From an uncultured Gemmatimonadales bacterium (GTDB taxonomy: Bacteria > Gemmatimonadota > Gemmatimonadetes > Gemmatimonadales > Gemmatimonadaceae): a stretch of 64,000 nucleotides of DNA. Below are positions 1 through 10,134 of this stretch, piece by piece; the stretch's first letter is position 1, and each line of letters opens with the position of its first letter. The notes below the pieces were generated by a model that saw only the letters and a list, made by a program, of their open reading frames with translations, was not told the DNA's origin and searched no databases. Position numbers and translations under genes: made by a program. The stretch is from contig CAWKNZ010000008.1 in the NCBI GenBank assembly GCA_963851265.1, positions 32,001 to 96,000 on the forward strand, written 5' to 3'.

Positions 1-3000
1 CGGGATGGCGCGGATCATGTCGTCGCGCAGCGGGAGTGGCCAGCTCTGGCTGCCGTCGTAGGTCGAGAGGATCTGCTGAACGAACCCGCCGCCGACGAAG
101 TCCTTCACGTACATCGTGGCCGGCTCGGTCGCGCTCGCGCGCAGGCGCGTGTTGAGGCCGAGGTTGCCGACGACGAAGTCGACGCGCCCGTGGCCCGTGA
201 AGTCGCCCGCGACGATCCGGTTCCACCACCCGTGGCTCTTCGCCAGTCCGGGCACGACCCACTTCCGCAGCCGCCCGCCCCCCTCGTTGTGGAAGATCGT
301 GATCGGCATCCACTCGCCCACCACCACCAGGTCCGGGCGCCCGTCGCCGTCCACGTCCCGCCACACGGCGTCGGTGACCATGCCGACGTGCGCCAACTCC
401 GGCGCGAGCCGTGCGGTGACGTCGGTGAAGTGGCCGCGGCCGTCGTTCTGCAGCAGCATGCTGCGCGGCGCCACGCCGTACTTGCCCGGCACCACGCGCC
501 CGCCGACGAACAGGTCCTGCGTGCCGTTCCCGTCGTAGTCGGCCGCGACGGCGCGCGAGCCCGCGATACGTTCGTTCGGCAGACTGCCCGCCGGCGCTTT
601 GCGGAAGTGGCCGCGCCCGTCGTTCAGGTACAGGCGATCCTGCAGCTCGGGAGCCGAATCGGCGAACGCGCTCCCCCCGCTGACGACGTACAGGTCGGGG
701 TGGCCGTCTCCGTTGGCGTCGAAGAAGGTCGCGCCGATGTCCTCGCACCCGACGTCGGACGCGAACGCGCGTTCGTCGCCCGGTACGAAGCGGCCGTCGG
801 GCTGTTGCAGCATGAGACGCCCGCCCTGCCCCCTGCCGCCGCCGATGTAGAGGTCGTCCAACCCGTCGCCGTTCACGTCGGCGACGGCGAGCGAGGGTCC
901 TTCGGTCGAGAGGAGCTTGGGGGCGAGCCGTTCGTGGTCGAAGTCGACGTAGTCGTTGGCGCGGTGGACGAAGTCGAACGCGGAGCTGTCGGCCGCCAGG
1001 GTGAGGAGGCCCGCGTCGTGCGGCGCGAGCGGCGGGCGCGCGCCCGCGGGTCGCCCGGCGGCGGGCGCCTGCGCCTGGTGCACCGTCACGCGCCGGTCGG
1101 CGGCGACGCCCGTCAGCACGCTCGTCCGTCCGTCGGGCCACTCGACCCGGAGCGTGTCGACCGTCGCGTGCGCGCCGAGTCCGAACGTGAGCACCGGGTC
1201 GACGCTCGATTCGAAGCCGCGCGTCGGCGATTCCTCCTGCATCAGGATCTGGCTCTGGGCGGCGCTACCGCCAGTCGCGTCGCCGGCGACGCGGAGCGTC
1301 ACGCGCGCACCCACCGCGAAGCGATTCATCCCCGCCCCGTCGAGCGCGACCTGCAGGGAATGGCGCGCCGGGTACACCGTACGCGCGTTGTTGCGGTAGA
1401 TGAACGGCTCGCCGTTCACGTTGTTGACGACGAGGTCGGGCGCGCCGTCGCCGTCGAGGTCCGCGTACGCGGCGCCGCTCGAAAAGCTCGGCGCGTCGAG
1501 CCCCCACGCGTGCGCCTCGTTGGCGAAGTGCAGCCCCCCGAGGTTGTGGAACGCGTAGTTGGGGATCCGGGTCGACGGCATCGCCTTCGTCAGCTTCAGA
1601 TAGTTCGGCTCGCCGCCGACCGGGCCGTCGCCGGGCCGGTCGCCGCCGTCCGCCGCCTCCGCCGGGTCGCGGCGCGAGGCCTCGCGGTCGGCGGCCTGGT
1701 GATCGTTGGCCGAGTAGGCGATGTAGTCCTGCGAGGTGACGTCGCGGGCGACGCCGTTGGTCACGAAGATGTCCTTCTGCCCGTCCAGGTCGAGGTCGAC
1801 GATCAGGGCGCCCCAGCTCCAGTCGGTGCGCGCCACGCCGCCCATCCACGCGACGTCGCTGAACGTGCCGTCGCCGTTGTTGTGCTGGAGCATGTTGCGC
1901 ATGAGCTGGTGGCCGTACCCGTTGCGCACCTTCGACTGGTAGATGTCCCACCCCTCGAATGCGGCCATCGTGCGCAGCCGGTGCTCGTTCTCGGGGAGCA
2001 TGTCGGTGGTGTAGACGTCGGGCCAGCCGTCGTTGTCCAGGTCCGCGACGTCGAGGCCCATCGAGAACTCGCTCATCACCGGCATCGCCCGGTCGCCCAC
2101 CTCGGCGAAGGTGCCGTCGCCGTTGTTCACGTACAGGTAGTCGCGCTCGAAGAAGTCGTTCGAGACGTAGATGTCGGGCCAGCCGTCGCGGTTCACGTCG
2201 CCCACGGCCACGCCGAGCCCGAACGCGTTCTGCGGGCTGAAGATGCCGGCCTTTTCGGTGACCTCGGTGAAGTGTGGGTGGTCGGCGCTGCCGTCGTTGT
2301 GGTACAGCTTCGCCCCGCTGTACCGGTCGGGCATGTGGCGCGAGTAGAGGACGGCGAAGCCGGTGACCGGCTTCGGCGAGTTGTTGATCACGAGCAGGTC
2401 GAGGCGGCCGTCGCGGTCGTAGTCGAAGAACACGGCCTGCGTCGACCAGCCCTCGTCGGCGACGCCGTACTCCTTCGCCATCTCCTTGAAGTGCGGCACG
2501 CCGTCGCGGTCGACCCCCTGGTTGATCCAGAGCTCGTTGGCGCGGCTCCCCGGGTCGCCGGGGCCGGCCTTGCACACGTAGATGTCGAGCTTTCCGTCGC
2601 CGTTCACGTCGGCGAAGGTGACGCCCGTGGTCCACGCGTTGGGCCGCGTCGTGATCCCCGACGCCTCGGTCACGTCGCGGAAGTGGAAGCGCCCCTCGTT
2701 GAGGTAGAGCCGCGGGCCGCCCTGATTGGAGGTGAGCACCATCTCGGGCAGGCTGTCGCCCGTGAGGTCGCCGAGTGCCACGCCGCCGCCGTTGTAGAAA
2801 TTGCGGTAGGTGAACACGTTCATCGCCCGCGTCTCGGTGACCCGATTCGCGAAGGTGACGCCGGTGTACGCCGCGGGCAGCTGTGTGAACAGGCGGCCGT
2901 CGGCGGGGGGCGCGGCCGGGCGGGGATGGGGGGCGCCGCCGCAGGCGATCCCGAACCCCGCGGCGAGGGCGAGCGACGCGGCGGTCGCGAACCGGGCGCG

Positions 3001-3042
3001 GGTGCGCGCGAGGTGACGCCGGAACGTCGGTGCTGAAGGCAT
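1..3042 (-). CDS. FG-GAP/VCBS-repeat, ASPIC/UnbV (CRTAC1-like) lipoprotein; 3' end runs off the window
   Basis: Hand translation from ATG 3042 (missing from the ORF track because no stop lies in the window): MPSAPTFRR...LAAGFGIAC (lipobox), YRNFYNGGGVALGD, repeated DVNGDGKLDIY/DVNRDGWPDIY-type motifs, and RGFESSVDPVLTFGLG typical of ASPIC/UnbV. Confidence 0.85.
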   Translation of the reverse strand, partial: MPSAPTFRRHLARTRARFATAASLALAAGFGIACGGAPHPRPAAPPADGRLFTQLPAAYTGVTFANRVTETRAMNVFTYRNFYNGGGVALGDLTGDSLPEMVLTSNQGGPRLYLNEGRFHFRDVTEASGITTRPNAWTTGVTFADVNGDGKLDIYVCKAGPGDPGSRANELWINQGVDRDGVPHFKEMAKEYGVADEGWSTQAVFFDYDRDGRLDLLVINNSPKPVTGFAVLYSRHMPDRYSGAKLYHNDGSADHPHFTEVTEKAGIFSPQNAFGLGVAVGDVNRDGWPDIYVSNDFFERDYLYVNNGDGTFAEVGDRAMPVMSEFSMGLDVADLDNDGWPDVYTTDMLPENEHRLRTMAAFEGWDIYQSKVRNGYGHQLMRNMLQHNNGDGTFSDVAWMGGVARTDWSWGALIVDLDLDGQKDIFVTNGVARDVTSQDYIAYSANDHQAADREASRRDPAEAADGGDRPGDGPVGGEPNYLKLTKAMPSTRIPNYAFHNLGGLHFANEAHAWGLDAPSFSSGAAYADLDGDGAPDLVVNNVNGEPFIYRNNARTVYPARHSLQVALDGAGMNRFAVGARVTLRVAGDATGGSAAQSQILMQEESPTRGFESSVDPVLTFGLGAHATVDTLRVEWPDGRTSVLTGVAADRRVTVHQAQAPAAGRPAGARPPLAPHDAGLLTLAADSSAFDFVHRANDYVDFDHERLAPKLLSTEGPSLAVADVNGDGLDDLYIGGGRGQGGRLMLQQPDGRFVPGDERAFASDVGCEDIGATFFDANGDGHPDLYVVSGGSAFADSAPELQDRLYLNDGRGHFRKAPAGSLPNERIAGSRAVAADYDGNGTQDLFVGGRVVPGKYGVAPRSMLLQNDGRGHFTDVTARLAPELAHVGMVTDAVWRDVDGDGRPDLVVVGEWMPITIFHNEGGGRLRKWVVPGLAKSHGWWNRIVAGDFTGHGRVDFVVGNLGLNTRLRASATEPATMYVKDFVGGGFVQQILSTYDGSQSWPLPLRDDMIRAIP

Positions 3043-3239
3043 GTCCTGCGGCGGGAAGGGCGGGCGGCGACTCGGGCGGGAGAGCGCCGCGGGCGTCGCC
3101 GGGTGGGATATCGAATAATGGTCGCGGGGCAGGGGGGCGCAAGCAGGCGGCGGGGCGGGGCGCGCCTTCCCGCGCGGCCGTCCGGTGGGCAGTTTGCCCG
3201 CGGTCCGCACGCACGACCACTTCCCACGCGCCCGACCGC

Positions 3240-4919
3240 ATGATCCAGTTCCGCCCGTCGACGGCCCACATCGTCGCTGCCCTGATCCTCGCGGCCGGCG
3301 CGGCGCGCCGGCCCGCGCCGGCGACGGCACAAACGCCCGCGCCGGTCCAGCCGGCGCCCGCCCAGCCGCCCGCCTCGCCGTCCCCTGGCACCCTTCAGGC
3401 GCACCGCGTGGTGCCGGCGCCCACGGAGGTCACGCCCGACTCGGGGGCGCCGTTCGCGCTCACCGCGTCGACGGTGGTCGTCGTACCGTCGCGCGGCGGG
3501 CCGGCAGGCGTGGCGGCCGCGCGCGTGGGGAGCGCGCTCGCCGCGCTGCTCCGGCCGGCGACGGGCTTTCGCATGCCGGTGTCCGCCGAGGGCGGCGCGG
3601 TCCCGCACGGCGCGATCGTGCTCCGCCTGGGCGGCCCCGCGTCGCTCGGGCCGGAGGGCTACGCGATGACCGTCACGGCCGACTCGTTGCAGGTGACGGC
3701 GGTCGAGCCGGCCGGGCTGTTTCACGGCGTGCAGACTCTGCGTCAGCTGCTGCCCGCAGGGATCGAGGCCGAGCAGAGCGTCACGCGCCTGGCGGACGCG
3801 TGGACCGTACCGGCGGGGCGCATCGTCGACCGGCCGCGGTTCGCGTGGCGTGGCGGCATGCTCGACGTCGCGCGCCACTTCTTCACGGTGCGCGAGGTGA
3901 AGCAGTACGTCGACCTGCTCGCGCTCTACAAGCTCAACACGCTGCATCTGCACCTGGCCGACGACCAGGGGTGGCGCATCGCGATCGACGCGTGGCCGAA
4001 GCTGGCGACGGTCGGCGGGAGCACGCAGGTGGGGGGCGGGCCGGGCGGGTACTACACGAAGGCCGACTACGCGGAGATCGTGCGCTACGCGGCCGACCGC
4101 TTCGTCACCGTGGTGCCCGAGGTCGACATGCCGGCGCACACGCAGGCGGCCAGCGCGTCGTACCCGCGGCTCGGCTGCGGCAAGCCCGCGCCCGACGCGT
4201 CGGCCAACGACGTGCCGGCGCCTGGGCTCTACACGGGGATCCGCGTCGGCTTCAGCACGCTCTGCCACGACCGGGCGCTCACCTACAAGTTCGTCGACGA
4301 CGTGGTGCGCGAGCTGGCGGCGATGACGCCGGGCCCGTACCTCCACCTCGGCGGCGACGAGGTCGCGGCGCTCACGGTGCCGCAGTACGCGACGTTCGTC
4401 GAGCGCGTGCAGGACATCGTCGCGCGGCACGGCAAGACGATGGTCGGGTGGGACGAGATCGGGCGCGCGAAGCTGCGCCCCGGGACGATCGCGCAGCTGT
4501 GGCGCGCGGACACGGCGATGCTCGCCGCGCGCCAGGGCGCGAAGCTCGTGATGTCGCCGGCGAGTAAGGCGTATCTCGACATGAAATACACGCCGAACAC
4601 CGAGCTCGGCCTGCGGTGGGCCGGGCTGGTGGAGCTGCGCACGGCGTACGACTGGGACCCGGTCACGTTCTTCGCGGGCGTGACCGAGCGCGACGTGCTC
4701 GGCGTGGAGGCGCCGCTGTGGACCGAGACGGTGCGCAACATCACCGCGGCCGAGTACCTGATCGTGCCGCGGCTTCCGGCCCTCGCCGAGGTGGCGTGGA
4801 CTCAGGCGGGCGCGCGCGACTGGGAGGGCTTCCGCACCCGGATCGCCGCGCACGCGCCGCGCTGGCGCCTGCTCGGGATCAACTACTACCCGTCGCCGCA
4901 GGTGGAGTGGGCGCCGTGA
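3240..4919 (+). CDS. beta-N-acetylhexosaminidase (GH20), secreted
   Basis: DRPRFAWRGGMLDVARHF, HLHLADDQGWR and catalytic HLGGDE motifs; signal-peptide-like N-terminus from ATG 3240. Confidence 0.93.
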   Translation: MIQFRPSTAHIVAALILAAGAARRPAPATAQTPAPVQPAPAQPPASPSPGTLQAHRVVPAPTEVTPDSGAPFALTASTVVVVPSRGGPAGVAAARVGSALAALLRPATGFRMPVSAEGGAVPHGAIVLRLGGPASLGPEGYAMTVTADSLQVTAVEPAGLFHGVQTLRQLLPAGIEAEQSVTRLADAWTVPAGRIVDRPRFAWRGGMLDVARHFFTVREVKQYVDLLALYKLNTLHLHLADDQGWRIAIDAWPKLATVGGSTQVGGGPGGYYTKADYAEIVRYAADRFVTVVPEVDMPAHTQAASASYPRLGCGKPAPDASANDVPAPGLYTGIRVGFSTLCHDRALTYKFVDDVVRELAAMTPGPYLHLGGDEVAALTVPQYATFVERVQDIVARHGKTMVGWDEIGRAKLRPGTIAQLWRADTAMLAARQGAKLVMSPASKAYLDMKYTPNTELGLRWAGLVELRTAYDWDPVTFFAGVTERDVLGVEAPLWTETVRNITAAEYLIVPRLPALAEVAWTQAGARDWEGFRTRIAAHAPRWRLLGINYYPSPQVEWAP

Positions 4920-6867
4920 CCGGGCCGGCACCGGCGCCGGGGCCGGCGGCGTCGGCGACGACGTAGGCTTCCATCGCGAAGTACTCGGCGAGCCCCAGGC
5001 GGTCGAGCGTCGTGGCCGTGTCCTTGTTGCGCTGCTCGACCCGCTGCCAGAACTCGCGCTCGTCCTGCCCGGGGAAGGGCGCCGAGTCCTTTTGCGACTG
5101 GTGCTTGAAGATCGCCTGGATCTTCACGCGCAGCTCCTCCTGGGACATCGGGACGAGGTAGGTGGCCTCGGTGACGGGCCACTCCTGCCACGCGCCGCGG
5201 TAGAGCCAGACTTCGGGCATCGGACGGCCGTCCCGCGCGCGTTCGGCGAGCGCGCGGTCGATGGCCTCCTTGCACATCCGGTGCGTGCCGTGCGGGTCCG
5301 AGAGGTCGCCGGCCACGAAGATGATCTCGGGGTCGAGCTCGTCGAGCAGGGCGCGCACGATGGCCACGTCGGCCGGGCCGATGGGGTTCTTCACCACCTG
5401 GCCGGTCTGGTAGAACGGCAGGTTGAGGAAGCGGGCGTTGTCCGTCGACAGGCCCATCACTTCGAGACCGCTCACCGCCTCGCTCTCGCGGATGAGGCGC
5501 TTGACGTCCTGGACCTCGGGGATGTCGACGTCGCCGGCGTGCTTGCGCGCGAAGAATTCGGCGGCACGCGCGCAGAGCGCCTCGACCGGCGCGCGGTCGA
5601 CGAGGCCCTCGCGCGCGAGGCGCGCGAGCAGGTCGAGGTAGCGGCGTACGTCGTGGTCGAAGACGGCGATGTTGCCGCTCGTCATGTAGGCGACGGTCAT
5701 CGCGTTCTCGTTCTCGACGAACTTGTGCAGGATGCCGCCCATCGAGATGACGTCGTCGTCGGGGTGCGGCGAGAAGCAGACGACGCGGCGCCCCCGCGGC
5801 AGCTTGCTCTTGCCGCGGATTTTTGCGCCGAGTGTGTTGAACACCGCGCCGTTGACCGCCCCGGGCGAGCCGTAGCGCGCGACGAGCGACGAGAGGCGGT
5901 GGTCGGCGTAGTCGCGCTGCGTGAGCTTGAGCACGCCCCGGCCGACGCGCGCCGAGAGCCACACCACGGCGCGCACGGCGAGGTCGGGGGTCCAGCGGAC
6001 CTCGTCGAGCAGCCAGGGCGTCGCGACGCGGGTGAGGTCGGCCGCCGCGGCGGCGTCGACGTAGAACGTGGTGTTGGGGTGGCGCTGGAGGAACGTCGCG
6101 GCGACTTCGAGGTCGAGGTCGCCCTCGACCGCGCGTCGCACGATGCTCGCCTTGTGCTCGCCGGTCGCGAGGATCGCGATCTCGCGCGCCTCGAGGATGG
6201 TGGCGACGCCCATCGTGACCGCCTCGCGCGGCACGAACTCCTCGCCGAAGAAGTCGGCCGCGGCGTCGAGCCGGGTCACGCGGTCGAGGTGCACGAGGCG
6301 CGTGCGGCTTTCGGCGCCCGAGCCGGGTTCGTTGAAGCCAATGTGGCCGGTCTTGCCGATGCCGAGAATCTGGAAGTCGATGCCGCCCGCGCGCTCGATC
6401 TCGAGCTCGTAGCGCATGCACGCCTCGGCGACCGCGTCGGGCGCGACGTTGCCGGGCGGGATGTGGACGTTCGCGGGGTCGACGTCGATGTGCGCGAACA
6501 GGTTCTCCCACATGTACCGGTGGTACGCGTGGATGCTGTCGGGCGCCATCGGGTAGTACTCGTCGAGGTTGAAGGTGACCACGTGCGCGAACGAGAGCCC
6601 CTCCTCGCGGTGCATGCGGATCAGCTCGCGGTAGACGCCGATGGGCGTGGAGCCGGTGGCGAGGCCGAGCACCGCGCGCTGGCCGCTGGCGCGACGTTCG
6701 CGGACGAGCGTGGCGATGCGCCCGGCGACGAGGCGGGCGATGGCGTCGTGCTCCTCGACGACGACGGTGCGGATCTTCTCGCGCGCGGTGAGGGCGCCGG
6801 CGGCGGGTGCGGCGACGGCCGCGTGCGGGGTGAGCGGGACGGCGGCGGGACGTTGGGCGGTGGTCAC
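4879..6867 (-). CDS. nagB: glucosamine-6-phosphate deaminase, long form with C-terminal PIG-L/LmbE-like domain
   Basis: GLATGSTP, TFNLDEY, GIGKTGHIGFNEPG; C-terminal SPHPDDD and DPHGTH. Start (GTG 6867) is approximate. Overlaps the GH20 3' end convergently by 41 nt. Confidence 0.92.
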   Translation of the reverse strand: MTTAQRPAAVPLTPHAAVAAPAAGALTAREKIRTVVVEEHDAIARLVAGRIATLVRERRASGQRAVLGLATGSTPIGVYRELIRMHREEGLSFAHVVTFNLDEYYPMAPDSIHAYHRYMWENLFAHIDVDPANVHIPPGNVAPDAVAEACMRYELEIERAGGIDFQILGIGKTGHIGFNEPGSGAESRTRLVHLDRVTRLDAAADFFGEEFVPREAVTMGVATILEAREIAILATGEHKASIVRRAVEGDLDLEVAATFLQRHPNTTFYVDAAAAADLTRVATPWLLDEVRWTPDLAVRAVVWLSARVGRGVLKLTQRDYADHRLSSLVARYGSPGAVNGAVFNTLGAKIRGKSKLPRGRRVVCFSPHPDDDVISMGGILHKFVENENAMTVAYMTSGNIAVFDHDVRRYLDLLARLAREGLVDRAPVEALCARAAEFFARKHAGDVDIPEVQDVKRLIRESEAVSGLEVMGLSTDNARFLNLPFYQTGQVVKNPIGPADVAIVRALLDELDPEIIFVAGDLSDPHGTHRMCKEAIDRALAERARDGRPMPEVWLYRGAWQEWPVTEATYLVPMSQEELRVKIQAIFKHQSQKDSAPFPGQDEREFWQRVEQRNKDTATTLDRLGLAEYFAMEAYVVADAAGPGAGAGPVTAPTPPAATGSS

Positions 6868-7029
6868 GGCCTGGCTCGGGACGGGGTGACGTCGGGCGGG
6901 CGAACGCGAGTGCGGCCGCGTCGCACGTCGCGCCGGCGGGCGGGTGCCCCGGGCGAGCGCGCCGCCCGGTATGTGCAGGGCGTGCGCGTGTCCTGTCAAG
7001 CCGGGCCGCGTAGCGGAATCGCGCCGGTT

Positions 7030-7046
7030 CTTGACATTCCTGTCCA
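7030..7046. promoter_or_regulatory. candidate TetR operator overlapping a -35 hexamer (CTTGACAT-N3-TGTCCA)
   Basis: TTGACA at 7031-7036 within an imperfect inverted repeat; 17 nt later TACACA, then the tetR ATG 7 nt further on. The same motif recurs inverted at 7730-7746. Confidence 0.6.
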
Positions 7047-7066
7047 CGATCGTTACACATTCGTGT

Positions 7067-7681
7067 ATGGGGCGCCCGAAGCAGTTCGACCGTGACGACG
7101 CGTTGCGCGCGGGGATGCGCGTGTTCTGGCGGCAGGGCTTCGCGGCGACGACCACCGAGGAGCTCGCGACCGCGATGGGGATCGGGCGCCAGAGCTTCTA
7201 CGACACGTTCGGCGACAAGCGGCGTTGCTACCTCGAGGCGCTGCGCGGGTACACGCGCGACGACGTCGGCGCGCAGATCGACGCGATCCGCCGCGCGGCG
7301 TCGCCGCTCGCGGCGCTCCGCGAGCTGCTGCGGTCGGCCGCCGCGGGGACCGCGGAGCGCCGCTCGATGGGATGCATGGCGATCAACTCGCTCGCGGAGT
7401 TCGGCGCGAGCGACGCCGAGGTTGCCGCGACGGTCGCGCCGACGGCGCTGCTCGTCGAGCAGACCATCGTGCAGCTGTTGCGCGAGGCGAAGGCCAAGGG
7501 CGAGGTCGCGCCGTCGCTCGACGAGCAGCGCGCGGCGCGCGCGCTCATCTGCACGCGCATGGGCATGATGCTCGGCGCCCGCGCCGGGCAGTCGGTGGAC
7601 GGCCTGCGCGCGGTCGCGGATTTCGTCGTCGATCAGCTCACGGCGGCCCCCGTCGCGGGCGGCGAGCCGGCGGCGCGGTAG
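7067..7681 (+). CDS. TetR/AcrR family transcriptional regulator
   Basis: MGRPKQFDRDDAL...FWRQGFAATTTEELATAMGIGRQSFYDTFGDK is a TetR HTH signature. Confidence 0.93.
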   Translation: MGRPKQFDRDDALRAGMRVFWRQGFAATTTEELATAMGIGRQSFYDTFGDKRRCYLEALRGYTRDDVGAQIDAIRRAASPLAALRELLRSAAAGTAERRSMGCMAINSLAEFGASDAEVAATVAPTALLVEQTIVQLLREAKAKGEVAPSLDEQRAARALICTRMGMMLGARAGQSVDGLRAVADFVVDQLTAAPVAGGEPAAR

Positions 7682-7729
7682 GGCCGGGCGGGCCGACACG
7701 CGGAACTCGGGTGCACGCGGATCCTGTTA

Positions 7730-7746
7730 TGGACACACATGTCAAG
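7730..7746. promoter_or_regulatory. second copy of candidate TetR operator
   Basis: TGGACACACATGTCAAG; reverse complement CTTGACATGTGTGTCCA matches 7030-7046 in both arms; 15 nt upstream of the next start codon. Confidence 0.55.
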
Positions 7747-7761
7747 CAGAGGGGTGGCGTG

Positions 7762-8304
7762 ATGCCGGTGCGCCGGGCGCGTGTCGCCCTCGTCCTCGGG
7801 GCAGGGCTCGCCGCGATGAGCGTGGCGTGCGTTCCGGCGTCCCGGTACCACGAGCCGCGCCTCGCGTTCGCCGACGCCGCCGCGCCGGGCGCCGACGCTA
7901 CCGCCGCGTCGCTCGCGGGGGATTGGGCGGGGCAGTACGACGCGCCGTTCTACGCGCGGCGCGGCGCACTGCAGCTGTCGTTGCGGCGCGTCGCGCGCGT
8001 GTCGGGCGGCGTCGTGACCAACACGATCGTCGGCACCGCGACCATTGGCGGCGGGTCGGCGCCGGCCCGGGTCGCGATCGACTCGGCGCGCGTCGGGCGA
8101 GGCCGTGTCGCGCTGTTCCTTGCGCCCTTCGCCGACGCGGAGAGCGGCGCCACGCTGCAGGTGCGCATGGACGGCGCCGTCGTGGCCGACACGCTCGGCG
8201 GCCGACTGCGCGCCGACGGCGCCGTGACCGTCGCGCCGGAACACCGCGGCGGCTGGCGGCTCGTGCGCGTCACGCGCGGCGACGGCGGGCGCGGCGGCCC
8301 GTGA
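7762..8304 (+). CDS. hypothetical lipoprotein
   Basis: ATG 7762 after GAGGGG; signal peptide ending AMSVAC; beta-rich LAGDWAGQY...GGWRLVR domain. Confidence 0.6.
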   Translation: MPVRRARVALVLGAGLAAMSVACVPASRYHEPRLAFADAAAPGADATAASLAGDWAGQYDAPFYARRGALQLSLRRVARVSGGVVTNTIVGTATIGGGSAPARVAIDSARVGRGRVALFLAPFADAESGATLQVRMDGAVVADTLGGRLRADGAVTVAPEHRGGWRLVRVTRGDGGRGGP

Positions 8305-8423
8305 ACTCCCCGCCCACGACGGGCGGAACCGCCGTGGGCGTTCATCACCGGTTCATCGAGCGGGGCTAGGCTTCGTCCACCCGCACGACCGATCAGGGAC
8401 CGTTCGCGGTCTGACTCCGGCTC

Positions 8424-8969
8424 ATGTCCACGTTGCCAGACCTCACGGCCGCCGACGCGGCGCCGGTGCCGACGTCGTCGGGGCCGCCGGACGAGCACCG
8501 GTTCGTGCTGCAGGTGGTGCAGCCGGGGCTGCTGGGGCTCATGGACGGCTCGGTGAGCACGCTCGCGCCGATCTTCGCCACGGCCCGCCTGACCAACAGC
8601 GCGCACGACGCGTTCTTCGTCGGCCTCGCGGCCTCGGTGGGCGCGGCCATCAGCATGGGGCTCGCCGAGGCCCTCTCCGACGACGGCAAGGTCTCGGGGC
8701 GCGGCAGCCCGCTCACGCGCGGCGCGGTCACCGGGCTCGGCACCCTGCTCGGCGGCATGGGGCACACGTTCCCCTTCCTCATCGGCACCCTGCACACGGC
8801 CCTCTGGGTGGCCTACGGGGTCGTGGTGGTCGAGCTGCTCGTGATCGCCTACATCCGCTACCACTTCATGGAGAGCCCGCTCGGCCGCACGGTCGCGCAG
8901 GTGATCGTGGGCGGCGGGATCGTCTTCGCCGTCGGCATCTGGCTCGGCCAGCTCGGCGCGACGGCGTGA
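8424..8969 (+). CDS. VIT1/CCC1 family transporter (MbfA membrane-domain-like)
   Basis: [20 protein letters not shown] and [16 protein letters not shown] motifs; about 5 hydrophobic helices. Confidence 0.85.
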   Translation: MSTLPDLTAADAAPVPTSSGPPDEHRFVLQVVQPGLLGLMDGSVSTLAPIFATARLTNSAHDAFFVGLAASVGAAISMGLAEALSDDGKVSGRGSPLTRGAVTGLGTLLGGMGHTFPFLIGTLHTALWVAYGVVVVELLVIAYIRYHFMESPLGRTVAQVIVGGGIVFAVGIWLGQLGATA

Positions 8970-8982
8970 CCGCGCCGATCGC

Positions 8983-10083
8983 CTAACGCGAGAACGCCGC
9001 ACCGAGCGCGGCGACCGCGGCCAGCAGCGCCACCGCGGCGAGCCCCGCCGCGCCTAACGCGAGCGCGCGCCACCGCGCCTCGGCCGCCTGGACGAGCTGG
9101 GCGACCTGCCCGCCGAGCGACGAGGCGTCGGCCGTGAGCGCGGCCGGGTCGCCGGGCGCTCCCCCTGGCGCGTTCGGTGCGGGCACGTTCGACGCGGGCA
9201 ACTCGGGCACCTCGGGATCGAGCACCGACTGGCGCATCACGCGCTTGGCCGAGATCACCTCCTCCATCGCGCGCTCGAAGTGCACCTGGCGGATGGCCTT
9301 GGCGTCGTCGGGCCCGGGCTCGGCGGCGGCCGCGACGGCGGCCTTCAGGACGGCGTTCTTGATGTCGCCCCCGCTCCCCGCGAAGCGCTCGGCGAGCGCG
9401 CGGAAGTCGACGTCGGGGGCGAGCGGGGTCTTGAGCGGGTGCACCTGGACGCGCCAGATCTGCTCGCGCTCGTCGGGGCCGGGCATCTCGAACAGCACGT
9501 GCGTCCGCACGCGGCGCGCGAACGCGGGGTCGAAGTTGGCGGCCAGGTTGGTCGCGAAGATCACCACGCCGTTGAACGCCTCGAGCTCCTTGAGCAGCAC
9601 GTTGACGGTGGTGTTGGACTCGCGCTGGAAGGCGAGCGCCGCGCCCGCGCCGGTGCGCCGTGCGGCGATCGCGTCCGCCTCATCGAAAAACAGCACCGCG
9701 TTCTGCTCCCCCGCCGCCCGGAACACGGCCGCGACGTTCTTGGGCGTCTCGCCGGCCCACATGCTCTCGACCTCGGCGTAGTTGACGAGGAACAGCTGGC
9801 GGCCTAACGCGTGAGCGATCGCCTCGGCGCACACGGTCTTCCCCGTCCCCGGCGGCCCCGCGAAGTTGAAGGCGAGCCCGAGCCCGGTCGCGTGGCGCTC
9901 GCCGAGGCCCCAGCGGTCGAAGATGAGCGCCTGGCTCCGCACCTGCGCGAGCGCCTGGTCGAGCGTGGCGCGAGTCGCCGGCGGCAGGATCACGTCGGCG
10001 AAGGTCCGGCGCGGCGTGAACGTCTCGACGGCGCGGCGACCGCCGAGGCGGTTCTGGATGAGCGAGAGCAGCGGGGATGGCAT
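8983..10083 (-). CDS. AAA+ family ATPase with C-terminal hydrophobic helix
   Basis: Walker A GPPGTGKT, Walker B FFDEAD, SRH ATNLAANFDPAFARR. Confidence 0.88.
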   Translation of the reverse strand: MPSPLLSLIQNRLGGRRAVETFTPRRTFADVILPPATRATLDQALAQVRSQALIFDRWGLGERHATGLGLAFNFAGPPGTGKTVCAEAIAHALGRQLFLVNYAEVESMWAGETPKNVAAVFRAAGEQNAVLFFDEADAIAARRTGAGAALAFQRESNTTVNVLLKELEAFNGVVIFATNLAANFDPAFARRVRTHVLFEMPGPDEREQIWRVQVHPLKTPLAPDVDFRALAERFAGSGGDIKNAVLKAAVAAAAEPGPDDAKAIRQVHFERAMEEVISAKRVMRQSVLDPEVPELPASNVPAPNAPGGAPGDPAALTADASSLGGQVAQLVQAAEARWRALALGAAGLAAVALLAAVAALGAAFSR

Positions 10084-10134
10084 GCCAGATTGTACCCCCG
10101 GGACGGCGGAGGGTCACGCGCCCATCAACCCCGG

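Noticed and set aside
190..3391. Long ORFs 190-3036 (+) and 1265-3391 (-) in the ORF track
   Set aside because: Shadow frames of the real minus-strand FG-GAP gene; Arg/Ala/Pro-rich translations with no motifs, as expected at this GC content.
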